Assembly: GCA_963814375.1 (NCBI GenBank)
Contig: CAWFCQ010000008.1
Coordinates: 416,001-480,000 of the forward strand
DNA: 64,000 bases
Direction: 5' to 3'
From: an uncultured Chloroflexia bacterium
GTDB lineage: Bacteria; Chloroflexota; Limnocylindria; QHBO01
Shown: piece by piece, positions 40,812-50,815 of the stretch
How the letters are laid out: each line of letters starts with the position of its first letter
Position numbering within the stretch: position 1 is the stretch's first letter
The notes under the pieces: model-generated
What the model was told of the DNA's origin: nothing
What the model saw: the letters and a program-made list of their open reading frames with translations, nothing else
The model's database searches: none
Position numbers and translations under genes: made by a program

Positions 40812-41641
40812 TCGTCCGCCTGCCGGTCGAGGAAATCGAGGGTCACCGCGGCGAACAGCGGCGAAATGCCGAGGTTGTAGTGGGTGAGGCCCGGGAGCAC
40901 GGCCAGCGCGTGCCCGCCCTTCGGCCGCCCCTCGCCCATCCAGCCGCCGTCCCGGAGGCCGCCGTCGAGCAGCTTGAAGGCGTCGACGTAGTGGGACGGT
41001 GGCGCCATGTCGGCATCGGCGCACACGATCATCGTCGGCACCTGGAGGCCACGGACCTCGTCCGAGAAGTCGAAGTCCTTCGACATCGAGGCGCCGACCT
41101 TGTCGAGCAGCGCACCGAAGTCCTCCGGTCGCGGAGCCAGCCGCTGATAGGTCTGGTACATCGGGGTGTCCTTCATGAACTCGGCCGCCGCGGCGCCGAC
41201 CTGCTCCTGCTGGGCGAGCATCTCGGCCGGGATCGCATCACGCCGGATGTTCGCCGAGGCCATGACCAGCTTGCCGACCTTCTCCGGGTACTTCGAGGCG
41301 ACGAAGAACGCCACCCCGCCGCCGAGCGAAAAGCCGACGACGTCCGGCCGGTCGAGGCCGAGGTGGTCGATGAGGGCCGCGATGTCGTCCGCCATCAGCC
41401 TGATGTCCAGCGGCCGATCGATGTCGGCCGTTCGCCCATGGCCCTGGAGGTCGGGGAGGATCACCTGGTGGTTCGCCGCCAGGAGGCCGATGACCGGGCC
41501 GAACATCTCGCCCGACCCGAGCCCACCATGCAGGAGGACAAGCGGCCGGCCGGCGCCATGGGTCTCGAAGTAGAGGTGGAGGCCGTTGACATCGGCGTAC
41601 TGGCCGGTGCCCTTCGTCTCGGTGGTCCCCGGGCTCGTCAC
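40799..41641 (-). CDS. Alpha/beta hydrolase
   Basis: LLHGG, DLQGHG, GFSLGG. Confidence 0.9.
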   Translation of the reverse strand: MTSPGTTETKGTGQYADVNGLHLYFETHGAGRPLVLLHGGLGSGEMFGPVIGLLAANHQVILPDLQGHGRTADIDRPLDIRLMADDIAALIDHLGLDRPDVVGFSLGGGVAFFVASKYPEKVGKLVMASANIRRDAIPAEMLAQQEQVGAAAAEFMKDTPMYQTYQRLAPRPEDFGALLDKVGASMSKDFDFSDEVRGLQVPTMIVCADADMAPPSHYVDAFKLLDGGLRDGGWMGEGRPKGGHALAVLPGLTHYNLGISPLFAAVTLDFLDRQADEWAS

Positions 41642-41684
41642 GGTTGTGCTCCTTCTCGCAAGCTGCTGGCGGTCATGCTGGTCA

Positions 41685-41711
41685 GACCGTCGGCCATGGC
41701 GCAACTCATCG
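41685..41711 (-). promoter_or_regulatory. CGATGA-N18-GTC ECF-type promoter
   Basis: Minus strand cgatga...gtctga upstream of hydrolase. Confidence 0.6.
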
Positions 41712-41735
41712 CGCCGAGTTGGGGCGAGGCGCTGA

Positions 41736-42416
41736 TCAGTCGCGGCGCGTTATCGTGGCGATGTCGGCCTCGTTGCCGGCGGCATCGGCCAGTGTCCACC
41801 ACGTCGGCGCGAACTGGTCGCGAACCATGCGGCCACCGGCCGCCAATGCTGCCTCGACGCGCGCCTCCGCCTGCTCGGGCGGCACCCAGACGGCAATGTG
41901 GATCGCGCCACCGCCGTCCGCGCGGGGCGAATCCATCGACTCGAGCCAGAGGGCCGGTCCGCGGGCCTGCGGGTCGACGAGATCCTCGTCGGGACTGTCG
42001 CCGCGAGGCTCGTACCCGAGGACGGCGCGCCAGAACGGCAGCACCGAGGAGGTATCCGGCGCACCCGGGATGATCAGGAGGGACTGGACCATCGACGGAT
42101 CGACGGAGATGCTCTGCTCGCGTGCGAGCGCCGAGATCTGGCGGGCGAGCTCGACGTCGCGTTGGCTCATACCGAAGGAGTCCTCGCCGACCGTGACGAG
42201 CCGCACGGTCACGCCGTCCTGCCGGACGTCGACATCGGGCGGGTGAGTCTCGAGGTCAGCAAGCTCGGCGATGCCATCGATGAAACTGGCGCTCGCCGCG
42301 AACGAATCGGTCCGGAAGAAGGCGTAGGCGCCGTCGCTCAGCACACGCCACCCTTCGGCGCCCGCGAGCTCGGCAAACTCCGAGATGGTGACCGGATCAG
42401 TCGAGCTGGCGGTCAT
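41736..42416 (-). CDS. Pterin-4a-carbinolamine dehydratase-like + VOC protein
   Basis: HPPDVDVR...RDVELARQISA; FWRAVLGY, LADAAGNE. Confidence 0.82.
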   Translation of the reverse strand: MTASSTDPVTISEFAELAGAEGWRVLSDGAYAFFRTDSFAASASFIDGIAELADLETHPPDVDVRQDGVTVRLVTVGEDSFGMSQRDVELARQISALAREQSISVDPSMVQSLLIIPGAPDTSSVLPFWRAVLGYEPRGDSPDEDLVDPQARGPALWLESMDSPRADGGGAIHIAVWVPPEQAEARVEAALAAGGRMVRDQFAPTWWTLADAAGNEADIATITRRD

Positions 42417-43135
42417 CGGTCTCGTCCGGAGGCCCGAGCGACGTCGCCAATGATCTGCGCGAGCTCCGCCGGGCGCGACCACATCGGCCAGTGGCTGGTC
42501 GGCAGGTCGACCCAGGTCGCGTTCCGCAGCTCGGGGATGCCGGCGAGAAACGCCCACTCGGGATGCTCCCTCGCGTACGTCTGGTACTGCTCGGACGTGA
42601 ACGCGGTGCAGATGAACGTGCTCGGGATGTCGCGCCGAGCGTCGTTCCCGAGCTCGACGGACTCGCGCAGGACGGCGCCGGGAACCGGGACCGCACGCTG
42701 GCGGAACGTTTCCTTCTGCTCCTCGCTGAGGCCGTCGAGGTTCTCCTCCTCCTCGATCTCCTTCCAGACCATCGGCTTCTCCGCGCCGTCGAACTCCGCC
42801 TCCAGCGGACCGATCCCCGGTGCGGTGTCGACGTAGACCATCGCCGCGATTCGGTCCGCGGCACGGTCGCTGGCGGCGTACCCGCTGAAGCCGCTCGCGC
42901 TGTGGACGGCCAGCACGGCGGGAGAGTCGGCGGCCTTCACCGCGTTCACGATCGCGTCGACGTGGTCCTCGAACGTGATGGATGAGCGGTCTGCATCAGC
43001 GGACTCGAGGCCGGGGAGCGTGATGGCCGTGACGTCGTGGCCGTCCGCACGAAGCTTCGCAGCCACCTCGTCCCACGCCCACGCGCCGAGCCAGAAGCCA
43101 GGAACGAGAATGATCGGTGCGGTTTGCTCAGCCAT
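42413..43135 (-). CDS. Alpha/beta hydrolase
   Basis: VPGFWLGAWAW, VHSASG, PTSHWPM. Confidence 0.88.
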   Translation of the reverse strand: MAEQTAPIILVPGFWLGAWAWDEVAAKLRADGHDVTAITLPGLESADADRSSITFEDHVDAIVNAVKAADSPAVLAVHSASGFSGYAASDRAADRIAAMVYVDTAPGIGPLEAEFDGAEKPMVWKEIEEEENLDGLSEEQKETFRQRAVPVPGAVLRESVELGNDARRDIPSTFICTAFTSEQYQTYAREHPEWAFLAGIPELRNATWVDLPTSHWPMWSRPAELAQIIGDVARASGRDR

Positions 43136-43143
43136 GTTGCTCC

Positions 43144-43752
43144 TCATCTCTCGAAGTCGATCCGCATCACGAGCCGCCGGATTCCGGGCCTGCTGACCTC
43201 GGCCAAGCCGGCGGCGGCGAAGATGCTCTCCGCTCCGACGTGGATCTCATCCCACGTGACCTCGCCGATCTCGGTCCGCATCGGGTAGGCCTCGAGGGCG
43301 CGAGCGCCGCGCTCCTTCGCATGCTTGACCGCGGCCTTGGCCAGCTCGTAGGCGATGCCGCGCTTCCGGTACCCGGCGCGGACGAATACGCACGTGACGG
43401 ACCAGACGCTCGCGTCCGTCTTGTCCTCCTGGCGGCCCTCCCAGGGCGTGCGGTAGACCCTCAGCAGCCCCTCGTACGCCGGTCGCGGCTCGACGGCACA
43501 CCAGCCGACGGGCTCGCCGTCCAGGTACGCGACGAGCCCGGTCGTTGTCTCCGCGCCGGCTTGGCCGCAGTTCGTCTGCTCCTCCAAGCGGCGAGCACGC
43601 TCCTTCGGCGGGTAGGACTTGAACGCCTCGCGCGGCGCGAGCTTGTAGCGCTGGCACTGGCAGACGTGGGCGCTGCCACGACTGCCGAAGACCGTCTGGA
43701 GATCCTCGCAGCCCGCCTCGTTGGCGGGGACGATCGTGCAGGCGTTCGTCAC
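43144..43752 (-). CDS. GNAT acetyltransferase
   Basis: CQCQRY, PVGWCAVEPR, YRKRGIA, LEAYP. Confidence 0.88.
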   Translation of the reverse strand: MTNACTIVPANEAGCEDLQTVFGSRGSAHVCQCQRYKLAPREAFKSYPPKERARRLEEQTNCGQAGAETTTGLVAYLDGEPVGWCAVEPRPAYEGLLRVYRTPWEGRQEDKTDASVWSVTCVFVRAGYRKRGIAYELAKAAVKHAKERGARALEAYPMRTEIGEVTWDEIHVGAESIFAAAGLAEVSRPGIRRLVMRIDFER

Positions 43753-43785
43753 GACATCACGCTGAACACTGGCTCGCCGATTGCG

Positions 43786-44205
43786 CTACTTGCGGCTCGG
43801 GACTTCCTGGACCAGCCAGACATTGCCGTCCGGATCGGCGAAGGTGGCGTACGAGCCGTAGTCGCCGCGATTGGGATCGGGACCCGGCGTCTGTCCCTGC
43901 TCCGTCCAGTGGAAGATGTCAGTCACCGGGACCCGGCGCTCGGTCAGGTCACGGTGTGCGGCCTCGATGTCGCTCACGACCAGGTACGTGTTGACGTACG
44001 AGCCCGGTTCCGACTGCGGAAAGCCGATCCCGAAGGTGATCGAGCAGCCTGAGCCGGGCGGCGTGAGCTGGACGACGCGCATCCCCGGCGCCGGTTCGGT
44101 GTCGACGTCGAGGTTCCAGCCGGCCTGCACGTAGAAGTCCTTGGCCCGGTCCACGTCGGCGACCGGGAGGGTGATGGCTTCGATCCGGTAGTCCGCCATG
44201 TTCAT
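43786..44205 (-). CDS. VOC family protein
   Basis: DVDRAKDFY, FADPDGNVWLVQE. Confidence 0.9.
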   Translation of the reverse strand: MNMADYRIEAITLPVADVDRAKDFYVQAGWNLDVDTEPAPGMRVVQLTPPGSGCSITFGIGFPQSEPGSYVNTYLVVSDIEAAHRDLTERRVPVTDIFHWTEQGQTPGPDPNRGDYGSYATFADPDGNVWLVQEVPSRK

Positions 44206-44225
44206 CGCTCCTCTGGGACTGGCTG

Positions 44226-45179
44226 TCAGGACGACGCGGTGCTCGCGGCGGGTGATTGCTGTGTGCCTTTGCCCTCGGCCCAGCGCAGAACGCGCAGTGC
44301 GTGGAGCGTGTTCCAGCGACTCGGCTCGTCCTGGCGCTGGCCGAGGTCGACGAGCAGCTCATCGTGGAGGATCAGCTCGAGCGGCCAACGGCCATCCGTG
44401 TCGCGCTTCGACTCGACGAGCTCGATCGCCTCTGAGATTCGCTCGTCCGGCGTGACACCGGCATCGCGCAGGTAGTCGAGCGTGCGCAGGACGTTGTAGT
44501 GCCAGCCGGTCGGGAAGGCGGGATAGAGCCACTTTCGGTCGCCGATCTCTCCGTCCGACAGGCGACGAAGCAGGCGCCGCTCGAGCAGGTACTCCTGCCC
44601 ACGCTCACGCGCCGCAGCGACGTCGGGGCTGCCTCCGGCGGCGCGCTCGTACTCGAGCAGTCCCTCCAGCACGTTGATGGTCGTGTCGAATGACCCGCGC
44701 GTCGAGCCGCCACGCTCCGGCTCCTGCTCGCAGTTCCAGCCGCCATCGGCCATCTGCTCGGTCAGGAGTCGATCCACGATCACCTGCACGTTCTGCCCGA
44801 AGTACGAGCCGATCGCGACGGCCTGGCCGTTGATGCACGGCTCGACCTCGCCGTCGAAGTAGGGGAGGCTGTCGTACTCCCACTTTGCGTTGGCGCGGAC
44901 GAGGTCGAGCGCCCGCTGCACGCTGGGGTCGGCCGGATCGACACCGAAGTGGCGGAGGAGCTGGAGTGCGGGCGTGGTGGATGTCCACTCGGGCGAGTAC
45001 GCGCCCCCGTTCCATGTGCCGTCGGCCCCCTGGGCGGCGAGGACCTGGGCTCCCCAGCCCTCGCGCGCGACCTTCGCGCGCTCGGCCGCGACCTCCGCGG
45101 CCGGCGCATCGGTCAGGTCGCGCATCACCTGCCAGCGGATGGACGGATCGGAGTCGAGCATCCAGTCGATGACGTTCAT
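44226..45179 (-). CDS. Hypothetical protein with prenyltransferase/squalene-cyclase-like repeats
   Basis: DPSIRWQV, QGADGTW, QMADGGWNCE, DGRWP. Confidence 0.75.
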   Translation of the reverse strand: MNVIDWMLDSDPSIRWQVMRDLTDAPAAEVAAERAKVAREGWGAQVLAAQGADGTWNGGAYSPEWTSTTPALQLLRHFGVDPADPSVQRALDLVRANAKWEYDSLPYFDGEVEPCINGQAVAIGSYFGQNVQVIVDRLLTEQMADGGWNCEQEPERGGSTRGSFDTTINVLEGLLEYERAAGGSPDVAAARERGQEYLLERRLLRRLSDGEIGDRKWLYPAFPTGWHYNVLRTLDYLRDAGVTPDERISEAIELVESKRDTDGRWPLELILHDELLVDLGQRQDEPSRWNTLHALRVLRWAEGKGTQQSPAASTASS

Positions 45180-45238
45180 GTCTCCATGGTGGCCGCTATA
45201 CCTGACACGGGGCGGCAGGATTTGTGACTGCCTTCGTA

Positions 45239-45989
45239 TCAACCCCGGTCGGGTTCCGGCGGCTTCTCCCAAACGGAGACGTGCTTCGTGCTCTCGCTCG
45301 TGTACGGCTCGCGGAGCCAGCCGGACCATCGGTCTCGGAGCCGGAGACCGGCGAGCTGCGCCATGAGGTCGAGCTCGCTCGGCCAGACGTAGCGGAAGGG
45401 GACCGACCAACGGTCGTAGCGGCCGTTCAGCTCGAGGAAGTGGTGGGAGACGAGTCCCTGGCGGGCGACGTCGTACTCGTCGATGCCCCAGTGGTGCTCA
45501 TCGGTGCTGAAGACCAGGTGGGTCTCGCCGGCAGTCAGCCGCCGCAGCTCCGGGACGAGGACCTCGATGACGAAGCAGCCGCCGGGCTCCAGCTGCGCCG
45601 CCACGTTGCGGAAACAGGCGACCTGCGCTTCCTGCGAGGTCAGGTTCATGATCGTGTTCGCGACGAGATAGGCGACGCGGAAGCTGCCCTCAACCCGCAC
45701 CGTCCGAGAAGTCGCCGATGGTGATCCCGACCGCCTCGGCGTCCGGCTTCGCCTTCAGGCGATCGGCCATGGCGCGCGAAAGCTCGATCCCGTGGACAGG
45801 CACGCCGCGCCGCGCGAGCGGCAGGGCGACGCGCCCGGTGCCGATGCCCAGCTCGAGCGCTCGCCCGTCGCCGGCAAGATCGGCGATGAGGTCGACCATT
45901 GGCTCGACCACCGAGGCTTCTGCCTGGTAGTCGTAGGTCTCGTCGAAGCGGGCCGCCATGCGCTCGTCGAAGTAGCCGTCATCGTGCAT
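45239..45989 (-). CDS. Class I SAM-dependent methyltransferase (frameshift near 45700)
   Basis: LELGIGTGR motif I; NTIMNL, LEPGGCFV. Confidence 0.88.
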
Positions 45990-46021
45990 CGGCCAAGCGT
46001 ACTGCCGCGTATCGTGGGCAC

Positions 46022-46534
46022 ATGAGCACAGAGACGATTCGATCCGCGTACAGCATGTGGCCGCAGTACAACCGGCGCATTCGCGAAGTTGTCGAGACCA
46101 TGACCGATGAGCAGCTGGCCATCCGTGCGGCGCCGGACCTCCTGCCGCTCTGGGCCGCCGTCGGTCACACCGCCGCGATGCGCGTCTACTGGCTGTGCGA
46201 GGTCATCGGTGAGTCAGGAGCCGATGCGACGCCATTCTGGGATGGGACGACGACGATCGACTGGGCCGACGACCTCGAGCACCCGCACTCAGCCGATGAG
46301 CTCGCGACCGGTCTGGACTCGACGTTCGGCATCATCGAAGGCTGCCTCGACCGGTGGAGTTTCGCGATGCTGACCGATGAGATCCAACGCCATTACAACG
46401 GCACGACCCAGGTCCACACCCGGGCATCGGTCCTCCAGCGGCTGCTCACCCATGAGGCGTGGCACGCCGGCGAGCTCTCCCAGACCCTTGGCATTCACGG
46501 CCTCCCCCAGCCCGACCTCTGGCGTCGGGACTGA
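46022..46534 (+). CDS. DinB family protein
   Basis: GHTA...THEAWHAGE His triad. Confidence 0.85.
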   Translation: MSTETIRSAYSMWPQYNRRIREVVETMTDEQLAIRAAPDLLPLWAAVGHTAAMRVYWLCEVIGESGADATPFWDGTTTIDWADDLEHPHSADELATGLDSTFGIIEGCLDRWSFAMLTDEIQRHYNGTTQVHTRASVLQRLLTHEAWHAGELSQTLGIHGLPQPDLWRRD

Positions 46535-46677
46535 CGAGCGCGACATGGCGCGCGAGCGGGCCATGAGTGGTGCACTGCCAGCAGATCGACAGCACCGCCG
46601 AGCGCGTGGGCGACGGAGTCAATCCGCGAGCCCGGGGTCCGTCGTAACGTAGGGCGAGTCGCACGCGAGGCGAACAG

Positions 46678-47967
46678 ATGGCGACCACCGTCCCGCATGT
46701 CACGACCCGCCAGGCGGCCTTCATCGGTGTGGGCGCCATGGTCGGTGCCGGCATCTTCTCGCTGCTCGGGGCCGCGGGGGAGGTTGCGGGCGCCGCTGTC
46801 TGGCTCTCGTTCCTGATCGCCGGGATCATCGCCGCGCTCCAGGGCTACTCATTCGCCAAGCTGGGCGCGAAGTACCCCTCGGCCGGCGGCCTCCTCGAGT
46901 ACGTCAACCAGGGATTCGGCCCCGGTCACATCGCCACCGTCACCGCCTGGCTGACGTATGCGGCGAACGCCATCGTCACCGCGATGGTCGCGGTTTCGTT
47001 CGGAAGCTACGCGAGCGCCGCCTTCGCGGGCGGCGACACGGCGTGGGAGAAACCGTTCGCGGTCGCGATCGTTCTCGCCATGACCGCGCTGAACGTCGCC
47101 GGATCCACCTTCGTCGCCCGGATCCAGAGCGTGATCGTCTTCGTGGTCATCGGCATTCTCTCCGTCTTCGCCGCGGTCACCGTCGTGAACATGGATCCCG
47201 CGCTCCTCGCGCCGTCCGGTTATCCGGGCGCGCGGGACATCATGTCGAGCGTCGCCCTCACCTTCTTCGCCTTTCTCGGATTCGGCATCGTCACCTTCAC
47301 CGCCAAGGACCTCGCCGATCCGTCGCGACAGCTGCCGAGAGCGATGGCCATCGCGATCGGCCTCGCAACGGTCATCTACGTGGCTGTCGCGCTCGGGGTC
47401 TTCGGAACCCTGACGGTGGACGAGGTCGTCGACTCCGGGGCGACGGCCATCGCGGTCGCGGCCCAGCCGGTGCTGGGGGATGCCGGCTATTGGTTGATGA
47501 GCATCACGGCGCTCTTCGCGACCGCCGGCGCCACCAACGCCGGTCTCTACCCGGCGGCGGGCCTGAGCGACCACCTGGCGTCGACGGAGCAGTTCCCGCC
47601 CGTGATGGGCCGCCGGCTCGCCGACCGGGCGTCGGTTGGCCTGCTCATCGCCGCCGCCGCAATCCTGCTGATGGTCATCGCCTTCGACCTGTCGTCGATC
47701 GCTTCGATCGGGAGCGCGGTGGCGCTCACCATCTTCGGGCTCGTGACCGTGGGGCACCTCCGCGTGCGCCAGGAGACCGGCGCTCGGCTATCGATCCTCG
47801 TCCTGGCTCTCGCGACGATCGGCATCGCGCTGCTGACGTTCATCTTCACGACGCTCATCCAGGAGCCGGCCTCCATCGTCACGATCGTCGCCATCCTCGT
47901 CATCAGTCTCGCTCTCGACTTCGGATGGGCACGCATGCGGGAGAGACGCGCCAGCGCCGCCACATAG
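46678..47967 (+). CDS. APC family amino acid permease
   Basis: MVGAGIF, YPSAGG, FFAFLGF; about 12 TMs. Confidence 0.92.
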   Translation: MATTVPHVTTRQAAFIGVGAMVGAGIFSLLGAAGEVAGAAVWLSFLIAGIIAALQGYSFAKLGAKYPSAGGLLEYVNQGFGPGHIATVTAWLTYAANAIVTAMVAVSFGSYASAAFAGGDTAWEKPFAVAIVLAMTALNVAGSTFVARIQSVIVFVVIGILSVFAAVTVVNMDPALLAPSGYPGARDIMSSVALTFFAFLGFGIVTFTAKDLADPSRQLPRAMAIAIGLATVIYVAVALGVFGTLTVDEVVDSGATAIAVAAQPVLGDAGYWLMSITALFATAGATNAGLYPAAGLSDHLASTEQFPPVMGRRLADRASVGLLIAAAAILLMVIAFDLSSIASIGSAVALTIFGLVTVGHLRVRQETGARLSILVLALATIGIALLTFIFTTLIQEPASIVTIVAILVISLALDFGWARMRERRASAAT

Positions 47968-47973
47968 CGCTTG

Positions 47974-48849
47974 TCAGGAGCCTTCGAGGACCTCGCGAAG
48001 CTTGTCGGCGAATGCCTCCGGCTCGCCGGTCTGACCGTATTCGCCGCCGAGGAACCCGCTGTGGCCGCTCGGAAAGACCACGACCTTCGTGCCCAGCTGC
48101 TTCGCGACGCCGTACGCGCCGCGATTGGCCATCGTGCCCTCCTCGTTGCCGGCGGCCATCACGACCCGCGTTGAGGCCGAGCGGACGGCATCGAGGTCGG
48201 GCGCGAATCCGCTCGAGCCAACCATGGCCAGCCCGAGCAGCGGATCGGTACGCGAGCCGTCGTCCTCGGTCGGCATGCCGAACATCGCCGGATCGGGGGC
48301 TGGCTGCTGCGCGAAGTCATCGGGGAACTCGCCCTCGTGGCTCACCACGGCGATGAAGTGGGCCATGCCGGCACCCCATCCACGCTTCATGTACGTCTCG
48401 TGGCAGGCGAGCATGGTCGCAACGGCAGCCTCGCGGTCGGGAAGGACCGATGGCAGAGGCGGCTCATGGGCGACGAGCGTCCGCACGTCATCGGGGTACT
48501 TCTGCACGAGCGCCAGTGCGTTCACGGCGCCACCGCTGCTGGCGAACAGGTCGACCGGACCACCAATCTCCTGGATGATCCGATGCAGGTCGTCGGCGTG
48601 ATCCTCGGGCGTCGGCGGCTTCGTGGGCTCGTCGAGCGTGCTCCGCTCCGTTCCGCGCGGGTCGTAGGTCACGACCGTCCGATCGGCAAAGTGGCCCGAG
48701 AGTGTGCCGAAGCCGGCAGCGCCCATCGGGGAGCCGATCAGGAACAGGATCGGCTCGGTGCTCTCGTCGTTGCGGCGGACGTCGTAGGTCAGGGTCGCTC
48801 CGGGGACGGCCAGCGTCTGGGTCGTCGGCTCGGCGATCGTGCTCTTCAT
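47974..48849 (-). CDS. Alpha/beta hydrolase
   Basis: YDPRG, ASSGGA, HEPP, SGHSGF. Confidence 0.88.
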   Translation of the reverse strand: MKSTIAEPTTQTLAVPGATLTYDVRRNDESTEPILFLIGSPMGAAGFGTLSGHFADRTVVTYDPRGTERSTLDEPTKPPTPEDHADDLHRIIQEIGGPVDLFASSGGAVNALALVQKYPDDVRTLVAHEPPLPSVLPDREAAVATMLACHETYMKRGWGAGMAHFIAVVSHEGEFPDDFAQQPAPDPAMFGMPTEDDGSRTDPLLGLAMVGSSGFAPDLDAVRSASTRVVMAAGNEEGTMANRGAYGVAKQLGTKVVVFPSGHSGFLGGEYGQTGEPEAFADKLREVLEGS

Positions 48850-49442
48850 CGGTGTGTCCTTCCTTGTGCGCTCAGGTGTGCTGATCGAGACTGCGTGCGG
48901 CCGCCGTTCTCATCGGTGGCGGTCTGGGGTTCGTATCGAAGGAGGGTGACGCCCGAGTCGAATTGCCTGGCCTCGATAAGCCGCACCGGGATCGTCGCCG
49001 CCTCGTACGGGCGCTTGCCGGTGCCCTGGATCCGCGGATGGATCCAGAAGTACAGTTCGTCGACGAGCCCGGCCTGGATCAGTTGACGGGCGAGCTCGCC
49101 GCAGCCCGATAGGAAGAGACCGCCCTCGCGCTCGGCCTTGAGGCGACGCACACCCGCCACGGCATCGCCCTCGATGGCGGTCGCGTTCCACTCGAGGGGA
49201 CCGAGCTCGCCACGCGACGCGACGAACTTCGGCATCGGGTTGATGAGGTCGGCCCATGGCCCTGTCTGCCGCGGCCAGTAGCCCAGGAAGCCCTCGAACG
49301 TCGGGCGCCCGGTCAGCATTGCCACGTCCCCTTCGATGAGCGCCCGCGAGGCGTCGTCGTGGTCGCCCTCGGCCACGAACCAGTCCGCGACCTCCATGAC
49401 GCCGTCGACGGTCAATGCCGTCGAGTTGATCAGCCGTGCCAT
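48846..49442 (-). CDS. DHFR-like (RibD C-terminal) protein
   Basis: TVDGV, GRPTFE, GLVDEL, GTGKR. Confidence 0.85.
   Translation of the reverse strand: MARLINSTALTVDGVMEVADWFVAEGDHDDASRALIEGDVAMLTGRPTFEGFLGYWPRQTGPWADLINPMPKFVASRGELGPLEWNATAIEGDAVAGVRRLKAEREGGLFLSGCGELARQLIQAGLVDELYFWIHPRIQGTGKRPYEAATIPVRLIEARQFDSGVTLLRYEPQTATDENGGRTQSRSAHLSAQGRTHR
48889..48915 (-). promoter_or_regulatory. CGATGA-N18-GTC ECF-type promoter
   Basis: Minus-strand motif about 40 nt upstream of hydrolase start. Confidence 0.55.
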
Positions 49443-49444
49443 CG

Positions 49445-49894
49445 TTACGGCCCCTTTCGATAGACCATGTCGAAGTCGGACTCCCAGGTCGTGCCATCGG
49501 GCGACGACTCCCAGGCGCCCTCGATCGTCCGGTCGTCGCGGAAGGTGCCGATGAACCGCTGGTTGAACCCCGGCGCGTCCCGCCAGATGGTCCACGCCTC
49601 GTCGGTCAGACGCATGCGGTAGATCCGGAACACGCCGCGGGCGTCGGAGTAGAGCATCGATTGCTCATCGACTGAGTCGTCGAAGCCGAGGATCGCAGTC
49701 ACCGGCATGGGCGTGTTCTCGCTCCAGTCGCTGGCGGTCGCGGGGTTCGGCTCGTCCTGCGCTCGCTGGAGCACGAATGCGCCCTCCTCGATCCACTCGA
49801 ACGTCGTCGAGCCGCGGCCGAGGAATCGGCCATCCCTGGCCGCCTCGAAGTTCCACCTGCCGATCAGGCGCCCGAGAGGCGAAACGGCGGTCAT
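49445..49894 (-). CDS. Hypothetical beta-barrel protein (DUF1579-like)
   Basis: LIGRW, DARGVFRIY, DGTTWESDF. Confidence 0.7.
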   Translation of the reverse strand: MTAVSPLGRLIGRWNFEAARDGRFLGRGSTTFEWIEEGAFVLQRAQDEPNPATASDWSENTPMPVTAILGFDDSVDEQSMLYSDARGVFRIYRMRLTDEAWTIWRDAPGFNQRFIGTFRDDRTIEGAWESSPDGTTWESDFDMVYRKGP

Positions 49895-50397
49895 GCCGTT
49901 CGGACCGCGTCCTCGGCGAGGATGGCGTCGATCTGTCCGAGGGCCTGGGTCATGCCCTCCTCCTGGCCCATCGCCAGGACCTGCTCCATTGCCTCGGTGC
50001 TCGGGAAGATGCTCTCGATCGACATCCTGCTGCGGCCCGCATCGATCTCCTCGATGGTCACTCGCATCTCGCCGGTCGGGAACGCGTCGTTGGGAGTGCC
50101 GTCATCGTTCGCAAAGCCGTCGCGAACGATGAGGCGACGCGGGGGATCGACGTCGAGGACGTCCCAGTAGCCCTTCGGCTGGTCGCCTTCCGGCCCGGTC
50201 ATGTGGTACTCGATCCGGCTGCCGGGCGTCAGGTCGTGCTTCGTGAAGGTGGCCGGATAGGTGGGCGGACCCCACCAGCGATCCAGCTGCTGAGGATCGG
50301 ACCACAGCTGCCAGACGCGGTCGGGCGACGCGTCGAGCTCGGTGGTGATGATCATGGTCAGGGCATCTGCGTTCTTCTCGACGGCGGTGACGGTCAT
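49891..50397 (-). CDS. SRPBCC/AHSA1 domain protein
   Basis: RVWQLWSDP..L.RWWGP, YHMTGPEG. Confidence 0.9.
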   Translation of the reverse strand: MTVTAVEKNADALTMIITTELDASPDRVWQLWSDPQQLDRWWGPPTYPATFTKHDLTPGSRIEYHMTGPEGDQPKGYWDVLDVDPPRRLIVRDGFANDDGTPNDAFPTGEMRVTIEEIDAGRSRMSIESIFPSTEAMEQVLAMGQEEGMTQALGQIDAILAEDAVRTA

Positions 50398-50735
50398 CTG
50401 TCTGTCTCCTTGGATTCCTCGGTGACGAGAGCGGTCATGCGCTCGATGCGTGCGCGCCACAGCTCCTCGTATTGCTCCAGCAGGGCGCGCGCCACGCGCA
50501 GTCCACCCTGGCTGGTTCGCACGACCTTTCGGCGGCCGATGCGCTCCTTGGTGACGAGCCCGGCCCGCTCGAGGATGGCGACGTGCTTCTGCACTGCCGC
50601 GAAGCTCATCGGGTAATGGCTCGCCATCTCGGCGATGCCCTCCTCGCCATCGATCGCGCGGCGCACGATGTCGCGGCGGGTATGGTCCGCCAGCGCGCCG
50701 AACATGCGGTCGAAGTCGGGAGGTGCGATCTGCAT
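50394..50735 (-). CDS. ArsR/SmtB family regulator
   Basis: ALADHTRRDI, AVQKHVAILERAGLV. Confidence 0.9.
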   Translation of the reverse strand: MQIAPPDFDRMFGALADHTRRDIVRRAIDGEEGIAEMASHYPMSFAAVQKHVAILERAGLVTKERIGRRKVVRTSQGGLRVARALLEQYEELWRARIERMTALVTEESKETDR

Positions 50736-50737
50736 GG

Positions 50738-50771
50738 ATACAACCATACGGTTGTATTGAGTCCGTGTCAA
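50738..50771 (-). promoter_or_regulatory. ArsR operator and promoter
   Basis: atacaacc-atac-ggttgtat palindrome at 50738-50757; TTGACA on minus strand at 50771-50766. Confidence 0.75.
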
Positions 50772-50815
50772 GGGTCGGGATACCATCAACCGGTGAACTA
50801 CCCGCCAGTGCACGC

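Noticed and set aside
36029-45989. Integron cassette array of co-oriented resistance-like genes
   Set aside because: Genes overlap or abut, leaving no room for attC sites, and no integrase is present.
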